This document shows positions 25,101 through 35,906 of a DNA stretch of 64,000 bases, piece by piece. The stretch spans positions 35,222-99,221 of the forward strand of contig NIVC01001116.1 of NCBI GenBank assembly GCA_002269645.1. The letters run 5' to 3'. Both the position numbers and the translations under genes were made by a program. Under the pieces are notes generated by a model, which was not told the origin of the DNA, did not search any database, and was given only the letters and a program-made list of their open reading frames with translations. This stretch comes from Macrostomum lignano (Eukaryota). The first letter of the stretch is position 1, and every line of letters starts with the position of its first letter.

Positions 25101-26811
25101 CACAGATGATGGCCGACAGACCGCAGGAGCCGCCGCGTCAGACAGAGCGGCCAATGCTGCCCTACAAGTTTAGTGACAAGAGCGAAGTCGACCTAGGCAA
25201 TCAGCCTGACCTGCGCGGCAGCCAATTGTTCAAGCCGAGCCTCCACCATCCGGAAGTGCTGCCCGAAGGTGATCCGGATCTGCCCAACATCGGCATGGAG
25301 CTAGAGATCTAAGGTAATTACCAACGAATTTGATATTGCGCCGAGTTGCTAACTTTTGATGCGCATTACTATCAGTAGTCACCTACGCATTTTCAATTTC
25401 AGTTTGCTGTAAGCTTTCTTGGCACCCGCTCTGTGCTGAAAGCAGATTTTTAAGTTCATTTTTTTCTATTTTTGCTGTTTCCTTATGCTTTCGGGATAAA
25501 AGCAGGCATCATTTTCAATTTTGCTGTTTCCTTATGCTTTCAGGATAAAAGCAAGCACTAATTTTAATTTCAATATACTTTCCTTATGCTTGAGGGTTAA
25601 AAGCAGTTGTCATTTCTCCTTATGCTTTCAGGCTAAAAGCAAGCGCTAATTTTAATTTTAATGTACTTTTGTTATGCTTGAGGGTCAAAAGCAGTTGTTA
25701 ATTTTCAATTCTGCCAATGCCTTATGCTTTCTAGGATAAAAGCAGGAATCAATTGCTGTTATTTTGCCATTCTCCTTATGCTTTCAGGAAAAAGCACTGT
25801 GTATTCTTTGTGCTCTTGTATAGTGCCCGATTTGTTAGCCCCATGCGTTTCTTAAATCAGCACTCGCACACTCTCTCTATTTATCCTTAAGCTTTCTGGC
25901 AAAAGCTCGCACCAATGCAATTATATTTATCCAACGCGTCAATATGCGATATTTAGTCAATGCGATACAGTAAAATCATTTAGCAATTTCAATTGATTTC
26001 TGCGCATCCGATTGAATTGTAAACTTCTCCGCACGCCATCAAAGTGCAGAAGTATTCCCCCCTCTCTCTCTCTGCTATTTGTGAGCCAAGCTTTCTATGC
26101 CCCGTTTAGGTCAAGTGCCCCGGATCCAGGCCTTGTCCTCAACGGAGGCCATTTGAGGACTCGACCCCTTTTCTTTGTTTGATTTTGTTCGAGCCTGGGA
26201 ATGTTTTAGGGGCTGCTAATTTGGCTCCCTTTCCCAGTGCCCCTACATGATAATATCAGTCGCTAACCTATCCTATTAAATTTTATCTTAGTATGAAGGA
26301 GCCCGCCAATTGCTCCTTTATTTTTCTATCCTTTCAAGTTGTTACTGTTTACACTTTATTCAGTTTTCTAATAGCCGACCCCTTTTATGTGAGCCGTTTA
26401 AGGCGCCCTGATTTCATTCAATTTGGACCCCCTTGCCGCTGCTGCAGTTAACTGCAGCAGCGGCAGCAGTTTTATGACTTATGAGTTTTATGACTTTACT
26501 ATTTGTAACCTACCCCACCTCCGTGTGTGCCCGCCATAGAGTACAAGCGAGGTGGTGGACGTCCCCCGTGTTTGGAAACCTTCTCCAGCGGCGGGTGAAA
26601 TTTTGTCGTATTTAAGGCAGCGCTTTACTTTGGTCCCAATTTCCTCAAACTGTAATTTGTCTCTCTGCTAAACATATATATTTTCTCCTTCGGCTACTAT
26701 TTTGACTGCGTTCATCCCCCATCGTCTACTTGTAATTAGATCCTCCTGTAAATATTTTTGCTTACCCATTAGTTTTATTTATTTATTTTGTTTGCGTACA
26801 ACTACGACGAC

Positions 26812-27465
26812 ATGTCCAGCCCAAACCATTTGTCAACCAGCGACTCTGCCCCTCGTGTGTCTGATTTGGAGGCTACGCTGCAGCGGGCACCTTGGCTCAG
26901 CCAGGAGGACGCCATTACCCTACGAGTGTATAACGCAGCTGCGATCGGAGCAGCACCGGCGCACATCTGCCTATAACAGGCATTGTTCTACGCATTCTCG
27001 CAGGCCGTTGAGAAGGGCCGGGTACAGATCGACGCCCCTTGGCGGCAGCTCTGCGGCATTATGCCCCCGGCATCCACCAGAGACCTCCTCGACGAGCAGC
27101 TGGGCCGAGCCGAAGTTCACCTCCGACAGAAGGGCCAGCCCCAGCCGGCCCTAGCTTTCTTTCTCGCGTTGGCCTATTTCGAGGCCAGACATTTGGAGGC
27201 CGGATGGGACGAGTGGCTTAAGGCCTTCTGGGACGCGGCTGTTGAAAAGTTCCCTGAGCGGCTCCGACTCGTTGACGGTTGCGTCACCATCCAGGGCTGG
27301 CCCCCAGCCGAAAGTTCTGCGCCCATCAAGGCGCCGCCTCAGCCGCCTCAGCCACCTCAGCCGCCCCAACCGCCGCAACCGACCCAGCCAGGAGCCCAAC
27401 CTGCACGCGACTCTCGTGGCCAAGGACGAGGTACGACAGCGGGAGCTGCGGTTTCTCGCCGCTAA
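26812..27465 (+). pseudogene. Accessory ORF3 of unknown function (~217 codons, one in-frame stop at 26974-26976)
   Basis: ATG at 26812; track ORFs 26788-26976 and 26983-27465 share one frame; ends 20 bp before the 3' LTR; Pro/Gln-rich tail. Confidence 0.6.
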
Positions 27466-27484
27466 ATGCCGGCCACCCCACGCA

Positions 27485-28845
27485 TGTGGCAGGCGAGTTG
27501 CCACAAAGAATTGATCAGATTTGATGAAATTGAACTTTGGGACATGAACATGGCGCACGTGGAGTTCCCTAGCTTTGCTTTTGCATCACTCCCATTGCAG
27601 TGTGTCTTCGTTCCGTTCCATGTATTTTGTCGCATGTGGCGGGATTTCTCTTTTAATTTTGTTTTTCATTAGTGTTGGATATGCCGCACCGTCTCATGTC
27701 CTTCTCTGTATATTTTTGCCCCGATGCATGTCCACTCCTTGGCCATACTGTGTGGTCCAAGCCCCTTTTGCCTATATAACTCGCAATGAATTTTGCATGA
27801 GGTTTTATTCTCCCTCTCCCTTCCCCCCTTTTTGTTTGTGTTTTCTTGGCATTTTAAGTTTTGTTTAGGCTTGTGTTTAAGTTTAGTTTTCCTTGTTTAG
27901 AGTCCTTAACGCTTTCTCTTACTTTTATTTCTGGTATCTTATATCTTGTGTTTTCAAGTCACACCCCCATCTTCATCAAAGTCATTCGTCATTAATTAAT
28001 ATTTAACATTTGCTTATTAAGCCTGCTTTAATAAACTTAATTCAACTTAATAAACTTAGTAACTCCGATTTTTCAATATCTATTCAATATCCAAAGCCAT
28101 AGTATATCTTAAGTCATACATGCGCAACAGTCGGCCGAGTCGGCCGATTGATTTGGCAGCCAACCATGGAAGTCGCAAAAATGCCCACCCAAAAAACACC
28201 AAGTAGTAGTACTAAGTAGCTGACGAGGCATTTTTGCCTGATAAGACAGTCATGGTTACTCCCGCCGTTTACCCAAAGTTGCGTTAATTTTGCTTTAGGT
28301 TTTTTTACATGTAAGTCGCATTTTTGGCCAAAAACTACGCTCGTACGTCGCATTTTTTGTTAAAACTAAGTCGCACGGCCGACCGAATTTTGGACGTTGC
28401 GCATGTATGTCTTAAGTCATTTGCCCGTGGGGTGTAAAATAACCAAGTACTCATCTCAAAGAAAGCTCTGAGACTTATTTGTTCCGTAATACGTAAATTA
28501 CGGTGGTGGCAGCAACTACCCTATTGAAAGTAATCAGCTCGACAACCCTACGCATCAGTTTACGGAGTCAGAAAATCTCCAGTGCTTCATCGCTTTGAAC
28601 GACCGCGCCGCTACACGACTGCTCCGCTACGATACAACTACTCTTCCCCCGGACTTGAGAACCTGGCAGTCGGAGAAAAAGGAGAAATTTTCTTGTTGAG
28701 TTTCGTCTGCGCGATTTTCCGGTTTATTCATGCGAACTAAACGTTTCCACAGAATTTCAAACGAGGAATCCGCCCCCACCTCACTGGTGTCAGCAAATTA
28801 TTCAAACCGAGTATCCAAAAAATTAATTTCTCCACCCCCACTTCA
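27485..28845 (+). repeat. 3' LTR carrying a MITE insertion
   Basis: TG...CA; matches the 5' LTR apart from 28115-28417. Confidence 0.9.
28115..28409. mobile_element. hAT-type MITE family A, copy 2 (inverted relative to copy 1)
   Basis: Perfect 14-bp TIR CATACATGCGCAAC; 8-bp TSD TCTTAAGT; the 5' LTR has the single empty site at about 18910-18917. Confidence 0.93.
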
Positions 28846-28945
28846 GTATTTATTCTACCGTAAGGAATTTATAGTAGACAAATTTGAATTTCATTTACGT
28901 AATTTTATTTTACAAATTATGGAATTAGGCCTGACACTATATATT

Positions 28946-29976
28946 TGTGGTAGGTGGGCTACCACTAGTGTTTTTTTGCTTTGTCCCTGGGTTAGGCCCA
29001 TTTTGTCCACCATGAGGTGCAAAATGACGTGTCCCACCATCTCTCGTTCCCAGGTTTGCCCTTTTGGTTGGTCCCGCGGTTGCGCCCTTGTGTGGTTTGT
29101 CACTTTCCCATCTGTGGCCCCTTCTATTGCCCCACCCCCGTGCCTAATTTACTTTGCTTATTTTTGGTTCAATATTTTGTTTTTCCAAACGATGCACCAC
29201 CGCTGGATCCCGTAACTGATCTCAGCGTTGGCCTTGTTCACCCCAACTTGTGTCCTAACTTCTCCGTGTATTATTTAATCAATGCGAAATCGCAGCATTT
29301 TACTTACCCTTTTTACCTTTTCATTTTTCTTCCTCCTCCACCTGCCCTTCTGCCTTTTGTGTTTAACTTTTAATTAGCTGTTTAGTCTATCAATAAAGCT
29401 TAAGAATCATAAGTTAGTTTAGCACCCCGGCACGCCGGATCCACTTCATCGATCGTATCTCAGTCTCTGTCGCATCAATACTTAATCACTATCATTTGTT
29501 GACTTAATAAAACCGTAAACAGTCTGCTATTAATTTTCCTATCAATTAACTGAAGCCTCGTTAGTCTATATTAAGTTTTTTGCCCGTGGGGCGTAAAACA
29601 ACAAGTTCTCAACTCAAAGAAAGTCTGAGACTTCAACGTTCCGTAATACGTAAATTACGGTGGTGGCAGCTCTACCCTACTGAAAGTAAGCAGATCAACA
29701 CATTCAATGCGTAAATTCTACGGTGTCAAAATCTACGGTGTCTACCATCTGAACGACCGTGCCGCTCTAACGACCGCTCTGCTACGATTATGACTACCCT
29801 CCCCCCGGACCTGAGGAACCTGGCAGTTGGAGTAAAACAGGAGAAAAGCGTCCAAATTTTCTGAAATTTTTTCTGGCTTTACAAGTGCCGAAGATCACAA
29901 AGGCGGCAGTTTAAAGTTTAAAGAAAACTGCTCCAAGCTCCCAAGTTTAAAATTTTTCTTTTCTCCCCCCACCTCA
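28946..29976 (+). mobile_element. Solo LTR of a sister gypsy family (1031 bp)
   Basis: Starts TGTGGTAGG, ends CCCCACCTCA like the neighbouring LTR; 4-bp TSD TATT; shares a ~250-bp conserved core (29578-29830). Confidence 0.82.
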
Positions 29977-32503
29977 TATTTTGCAAAGTATAACGAAGTG
30001 TAACTATATATTTTTTCAGCGCCATGCGCCATGTGCGCTGCCAGAGCATTTCCAATTTTTCCTTGAACGCTGTGTGCGCCGTGTGTGCCAAAAAAGGCCA
30101 ATTTGTGCCAGAAAATTCACCAAAAACTGCCACCTTCCCAGCTATGGCAAGATAGAGAAGACTGTAGCAAGAGTTCAAGCGTGCATTCAAGAGTGCTACA
30201 ATGCGACAAAATGATGTTTGCTACCTCTCCACATTGGAGCTCATGTTGTTCTTTAGAGTCTAGTAATAAAGTGCTAGGAAACTAAAGGGATAATTGTAGA
30301 AGTTGGCAAGCACTGAGACTACCACATCAAGCTGGCCAGTGGCCGGATCCTGCATTAAAACTGTATTTATCTAGAAGTGTCTGCTGCAAGAGCAGCTTAT
30401 TAGCAATAATTTGCCTGTCAAGAATGTTACCAGCCTGCTAGCCAGAGTTGTACACACACTGGTGCCTAAGCTGATAACTATGAATATTGTCCCAAGGAAA
30501 AGTCAACGATTGAACAAAGGGGTTCCAGGATGCAGGTTTTGATACAAGAAGTTGGAGAACCCAAGATCTTGTGACAAGGAGGGGAAAGGAAGCAAACATT
30601 ACTTGAATGCAATATACTATTATGCTCGTAAAGGGGAGATTTTGGATTAATACATATTCATTATTATGTTCTTTCTATAGCCTAAAGTATGCACTAGTAT
30701 AAGTGCTTGGCTGGCCCGCAACAATAAAGAAAATATAATAACCTACTACCAGAATTGAGGCAGCATTACTTAGCCTCTTAGGCACATCAGCCCCAAAACA
30801 GAATACACACTTTTCCTTTTTTCTTTTGTCTTTTGTCTCTGCTCTCATACCTTTAATCTTGTCTCTGCAAATATCTACTCTTTTATCTTTTTTCTTTACG
30901 AGTTCTTTATCATTTATTTCCTCTCTTTTCTCTCAAACTCTACTCTACAGATTTCTACTTATTTCTCTCCCCTCTTGTATTCTTTCTTTCTTCTTTTGTC
31001 TACTAGTCTACTAAAAATTAGTTTAAATTCCTATTTGTCTTTTGTTTAGCATGCATGCATATTATAATTAGCAAGTCATAGGCTAGGACCATCATGGCCT
31101 CACTTCATTGAACTGAAGGGTGAAGAGTCAAGTCCTTGCCTTATAGGTCCTATGCCACATAAAAATAAAAAATTGTATCAAAAACCCTCAGCTAAAGTAA
31201 ATAAACATCTATACAGTAGGCCTACTTTTTCATTATGCTTATAAGTAGGACAATATGAATAGAAAATCACGATATCATTTTATTAAATTTTACTTTTAGT
31301 TTGAGGCAATGTACTTTAACTAGCAGGAACAGAACAGAACAGGTTAGATCTATAACAATTACGAACATAATAATTTGATTATAGACATAATTTGGTAATA
31401 GATCAAAGCTATTTTAGCTAGTATATAGTACTGATTAGTCCAACGCTCCGTAGTAGGTTGCCAAGGAAGCAATTAGAAATTTTTAGCAGGATTAAATTAA
31501 CATTAAAACTGTTGCTTGCAACCGACGGATTAAAAAAATTAGATAAATTTGATAGCAGAAATATCTAACTGAGCATTTCATTCTATTGTATGTAGCTATT
31601 GTATCTAGCTATATTTTTTTCTGCTTTGATAAATCAAGAAATACAGCGGACCCTTGTGACTACAACGTCATTTTGTTTTATCAGTTACGTTGCGGTAAAT
31701 TTAAAACGCGATGATTTAAAAGGAGGAAAATGCAGGAAACGTTGTCATTTTTTGGCATTAATTTCCAAACGGCTATACAAGTGTCCAATTTCCTACCTTT
31801 TCTAGCAGTGATGCCTCGCCAGACGCCAGCCACAAACTTCTAAAAAATAACTTTCTTAGTCGATATTTCTCACTTAGCTCATTTCAAAGTGAAAACACTT
31901 TTTTACTAATAAATTATTGTATAAAAATGCTTATGGTGTCTTATCTTTAAAATAATGAGCTTTTAACTTGTTTCTTTGCGAAAATACGCACTAGCAAGTT
32001 CAGCTTTGCACAGAATAGATAGTTAATGAAATTTTATTGATTAATAAAACACAGTATCAATAATTGTACCAGAAAGTTACCATTTTCCAGACAAAAACTC
32101 AAGATACTCAATAACTTCATTGAGTAGTTGTACTGCATGTATATAGCATATGCTACATTATTGTAATAATAGCCTTATATTGTTTACATCAACTGTAATA
32201 TAGACTTGGTACTGACTTTTTGTTTTTAAATATGCCTTTACTACGGAAATGTAGTAAAATAATTTTTCATTAATGAATTATATTCATAATAGCTTGATGT
32301 TAAGGGAACACGTTTTTTATTTCAGTAAACAAACAAAACATTGTTAAGGTTTTCTCTATTAAATGTTAACTTTGGCTTTAAATAATGTTTTAAATATTGC
32401 AAGACAATAAAATGGTTAGTAGCACAGTCAAGCTTTCTTTTTAATATTTAAGTGCAAATATATTTTTCTTAATGCTTGAATCTGACTTACTTTCTACATT
32501 GAA

Positions 32504-35500
32504 ATGATGATGATGAGAAAAGCATTTCATCGTCAAGCTGAGCCAATTCTAAGTTCAAGAGTGCATATTGGCTCAGTTCGAAAGCATGCAGATAATTCAG
32601 AGACAGCATTGGAAGCCGAGGTTGACTTTGATACAGATTTACTTGCGTGTACACAAGACCCAGATCTTGAAGAGGCTGCTAAAAGACTTAGTTCCAATGA
32701 GTTCTACGATTTTGTCTGCCGCGCACAAATGAAAGCTGTAGCTGCCACTTTTGAGGACTTGCAATCTGCTATAGCTCATCTGGTATGTTGTTTTGAAGGC
32801 TTATATAGATTTTATAAAATTTAATAATTAATAAATAATTTGTTTGAATTATACCCTATATGCAACTTTTACCTAGCAGCCTTTGTCCTTCTAACCATCT
32901 ATGTTCCCTTATTAGTTCTTATCAAACAGTCTATCTGTCTACACTACATAGGAAATCCACCCTTGTCCACTCTTACCAGACAGTCAATCCACCCATATCC
33001 GCCCCCATCAGGCGTCAATCCACCCATATCCGCCCCCATCAGGAATCAATCCCCCCATCAGACAGTCAATCCGCCCCATCAGACAGTCAATCCGCCCCAT
33101 CAGACAGTCAATCCGCCCCATCCGACAGTCAATCCGCCCCATCAGACAGTCAATCCGCCCCATCAGACAGTCAATCCGCCCCATCAGACAGTCAAATCCG
33201 CCCCATCAGACAGTCAATCCGCCCCATCAGACAGTCTGCAATCCGCCCCATCCGACAGTCAATCCGCCCCATCAGACAGTCAATCCGCCCCATCAGACAA
33301 TCAATCCGCCACTATCCGCCGCAACCAGACGGGCGAATCATCGCCCCTTCTGCCGCCCCTCCGCCGTTTGTCGGAAATCCACCGACTGCCAGTAGCGGGT
33401 CTGTCAGAGTCGCAGAGATCAAAAGTTCGCTCTCAGCTATCTGACTGCCTAGCAACCATTCCCGCGAATGTCCTCACCGGTTGGATGGATTTCGCCCTAG
33501 CAACCGGTCGTCGTTGCCTAGCAACCTGCATGGTGGACTCTCACGGTGATATAGCCTCAGCAACTGATTTCGAATTGCTTAGTCTCACCCTGACAATATG
33601 TCAGAACTATTCGGACTCGGACACGACCGGAAACTTAGCCGTTGCCATGGTTACCAGCGGAGTCAGCCTGATTCGTCTTTGCCGAGAGTTACTGTCGGCT
33701 TGGTCCTTCGAACATCTCAATAGTCGACTGCACGACAGCGTTGAGCAGCTGTTGCGACAGTGCATCTCGGTGCCGTACAATTTGTACTTTAAACAAGAAC
33801 CAAAGGTTAGCAAAGACTGTATTTTAATTAATATATTTTAAGAGGCGAAATTAAACAGCGCAAAATTGCTCTGTTGAAAGTTTAAGTGAAGATTATTACC
33901 CGGATAATAGGGTCGCAAATTAGGTATTATTTGGCGACGAAACGTAGTCAAATTTATAATTGGGTCGGATTGCCTATGCAACAATCCGAAATCGGCCGAC
34001 ATTTCCGACGCCTATCGACGGCGCATTGCCTATTCAGTAATCCGACGTTGGACGACGTTTCCGACGTCTATCGACGGCGCATTGCTATACCGTAATCTGA
34101 CATCGAATGTCGTTTCCATCAAATGAGTAATTTTACATTACACCGGCGTTCAACTGACGTGTATCGTCATCGGTGGATATCGTCATCTATCGGCGTAATG
34201 TAATAAATACCCATTGACCAGCGACGCCAGGCAACTTATTTACAGATATTTAATGTTTTCGTTTGTTTTGAAGCTGTTTTAAAAAAATTAATTTTCAAAC
34301 CACTTTCAAGGTAACCTCTATGCTAAGCGACTACAAGCTGGTTAAGAGTGTAAAATCCTATCTGAGCTCTCCAGACGAAGATGTACGGCTAGCAGCTTAC
34401 TTGTTATTAGTATTTGCCTGCACAGAGTCTCAGGCCGCTAGCTGTCTGGTCGAAACTAGACTTGTTGAATTATTAATCAACAGGTTGCGATTGTCTATGC
34501 AAACATTGGATAGACGGTGTCAGGGCTATCATTGCATTGAATTGGCCAAGTGTAAGTTTGACGCTTAGTTGATGAGTTGGGTGTCTGGAGGGGCTTAATT
34601 CATTTGGGTGTCTAGAAGGGCTTAAGTCATTTGGGTGTCTGGAAGGGCTTAAGTCAACTGAGTGTCTGGAAGGGCTTAAGTCAACTGGGTGTCTGGAAGG
34701 GCTTAAGTCAACTGGGTGTCTGGAAGGGCTTAAGTCAACTGGGTGTCTGGAAGGGCTTAAGTCAACTGGGTGTCTGGAAGAGCTTAAGTCAATTGGGTGT
34801 CTGGAGGGGCTTAAGTCAATTGGGTGTCTGGAGGGGCTTAAGTCAACTGGGTGTCTTGAAGGACTTAAGTCAACTGGGTGTCTGGAAGGGCTTAAGTCAA
34901 CTGGGTGTCTTGAAGGACTTAAGTCAACTGGGTGTCTGGAAGGGCTTAAGTCAACTGGGTGTCTGTAAGGGCTTAAGTCAACTGGGTGTCTGGAAGGGCT
35001 TAAGTCAACTGGGTGTCTGGAAGGGCTTAATTCAACTTGGTGTCTGGAAGGGCTTAAGTCAACTGGGTGTCTGGAAGGGCTTAAGTCAATTGTGTGTCCG
35101 CAAGGGTTTAGGTAAATTAGGTGCCTCTAGCGTCGAATTAAATGTCTAAAAGCTGTATATACTCGTAGTTGGTGTCTAGTAACGTGTTCTAATTGAAAAT
35201 TATGTGCCTGTCTTTAATAATTCAAATTAGTTATCACGATAGAACAGTACTTACGCCCATACTGGCTACTAGCTACTAGATACGTGTGTGTCACTGGCCA
35301 TCACATAATCACATAATCACATAATTTGTGGTATGAAAACTGTAGTGGATGAATAAAACACAAAATTTCTAGGCTCACTCCGAATGGCTAGAAATGATTC
35401 AAACAAGGAGCAGTTAGTGGACAGGGGTCTGCTGACATTGCTTACTGATATGATGTCTAGCGGACGCACCGACGAACAACTGGTTGCCATGGAGACCGTT

Positions 35501-35832
35501 CTGTGCCTGTCATTCAGCGCCGCATGCGTGCCTCGAATACGGGAACAATGCAGAGCCGGCTTAAACACTATTCGACGGATAATTGAATCGAGCGAAGTCA
35601 CCGTTGATGCCTCTCTTCGAGCGTCAATGGAAGCGTTAGAATTCAACTTGGAGAGTCGAACGGCTGAGTCTTTGTTGTCTATGCGTCCGTTTTCTGCGCG
35701 TTACTTAAAAACCGAACAGTTTAATCTGAGCGACAGCGAGGAGGAGCAAGACGGCGAGGAAGGACAAGAAGAAGGTAAGAGCGTAAGAAACTTTGATTAA
35801 TTACATTTGTTTTGCTCAGTTAGTTAGTTAGC

Positions 35833-35906
<74 letters not shown>

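Larger units (their letters stand above)
18289..28845 (+). mobile_element. Full-length but decayed Ty3/gypsy LTR retrotransposon with an extra 3' ORF
   Basis: LTRs 18289-19344 and 27485-28845; 4-bp TSD GTAT (18285-18288, 28846-28849); domain order gag-PR-RT-RH-IN. Confidence 0.93.
18140..30147. mobile_element. hAT-type MITE family B (~0.4 kb of its own sequence) split by two LTR insertions
   Basis: Imperfect 20-bp TIRs CCATAGTCGAGAAGGTGGCA / TGCCACCTTCCCAGCTATGG; 8-bp TSD CAAGATAG at 18132-18139 and 30148-30155. Confidence 0.85.
15825..30807 (+). mobile_element. Old, internally deleted Ty3/gypsy-like relic; outermost element of the nest
   Basis: Diverged ~100-bp direct repeats at 15825-15916 and about 30705-30807 (LTR ends); TGG at 15917 (PBS position); purine tract AAGGAGGGGAAAGGA near 30576-30590. 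Decayed gag Cys cluster (CGYCG...CWHC, about 16985-17060) and integrase pieces (LHSSHQGITKTKQRAR, HHQSNGRAEATVK) at 17200-18130, resuming after 30155 (LPPLHIGAHV...YHIKLASGRIL). PR-RT-RH not seen. Confidence 0.75.

Noticed and set aside
25410-25910. CRISPR-like repeat-spacer appearance (also considered for other arrays)
   Set aside because: Eukaryotic spliced context, no cas genes, degenerate repeats and irregular spacers; kept only as a possible RNA motif array.
27460-27484. Polypurine tract before the 3' LTR
   Set aside because: The sequence is C-rich (CCGGCCACCCCACGCA); no PPT can be supported.
33870-34240. CG-rich intronic segment with partial similarity to 37020-37120; possible MITE
   Set aside because: TIRs and TSD could not be defined by eye.
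34631-35149. GVWKGLSQL repeat ORF
   Set aside because: 27-bp intronic minisatellite of the TIR gene.
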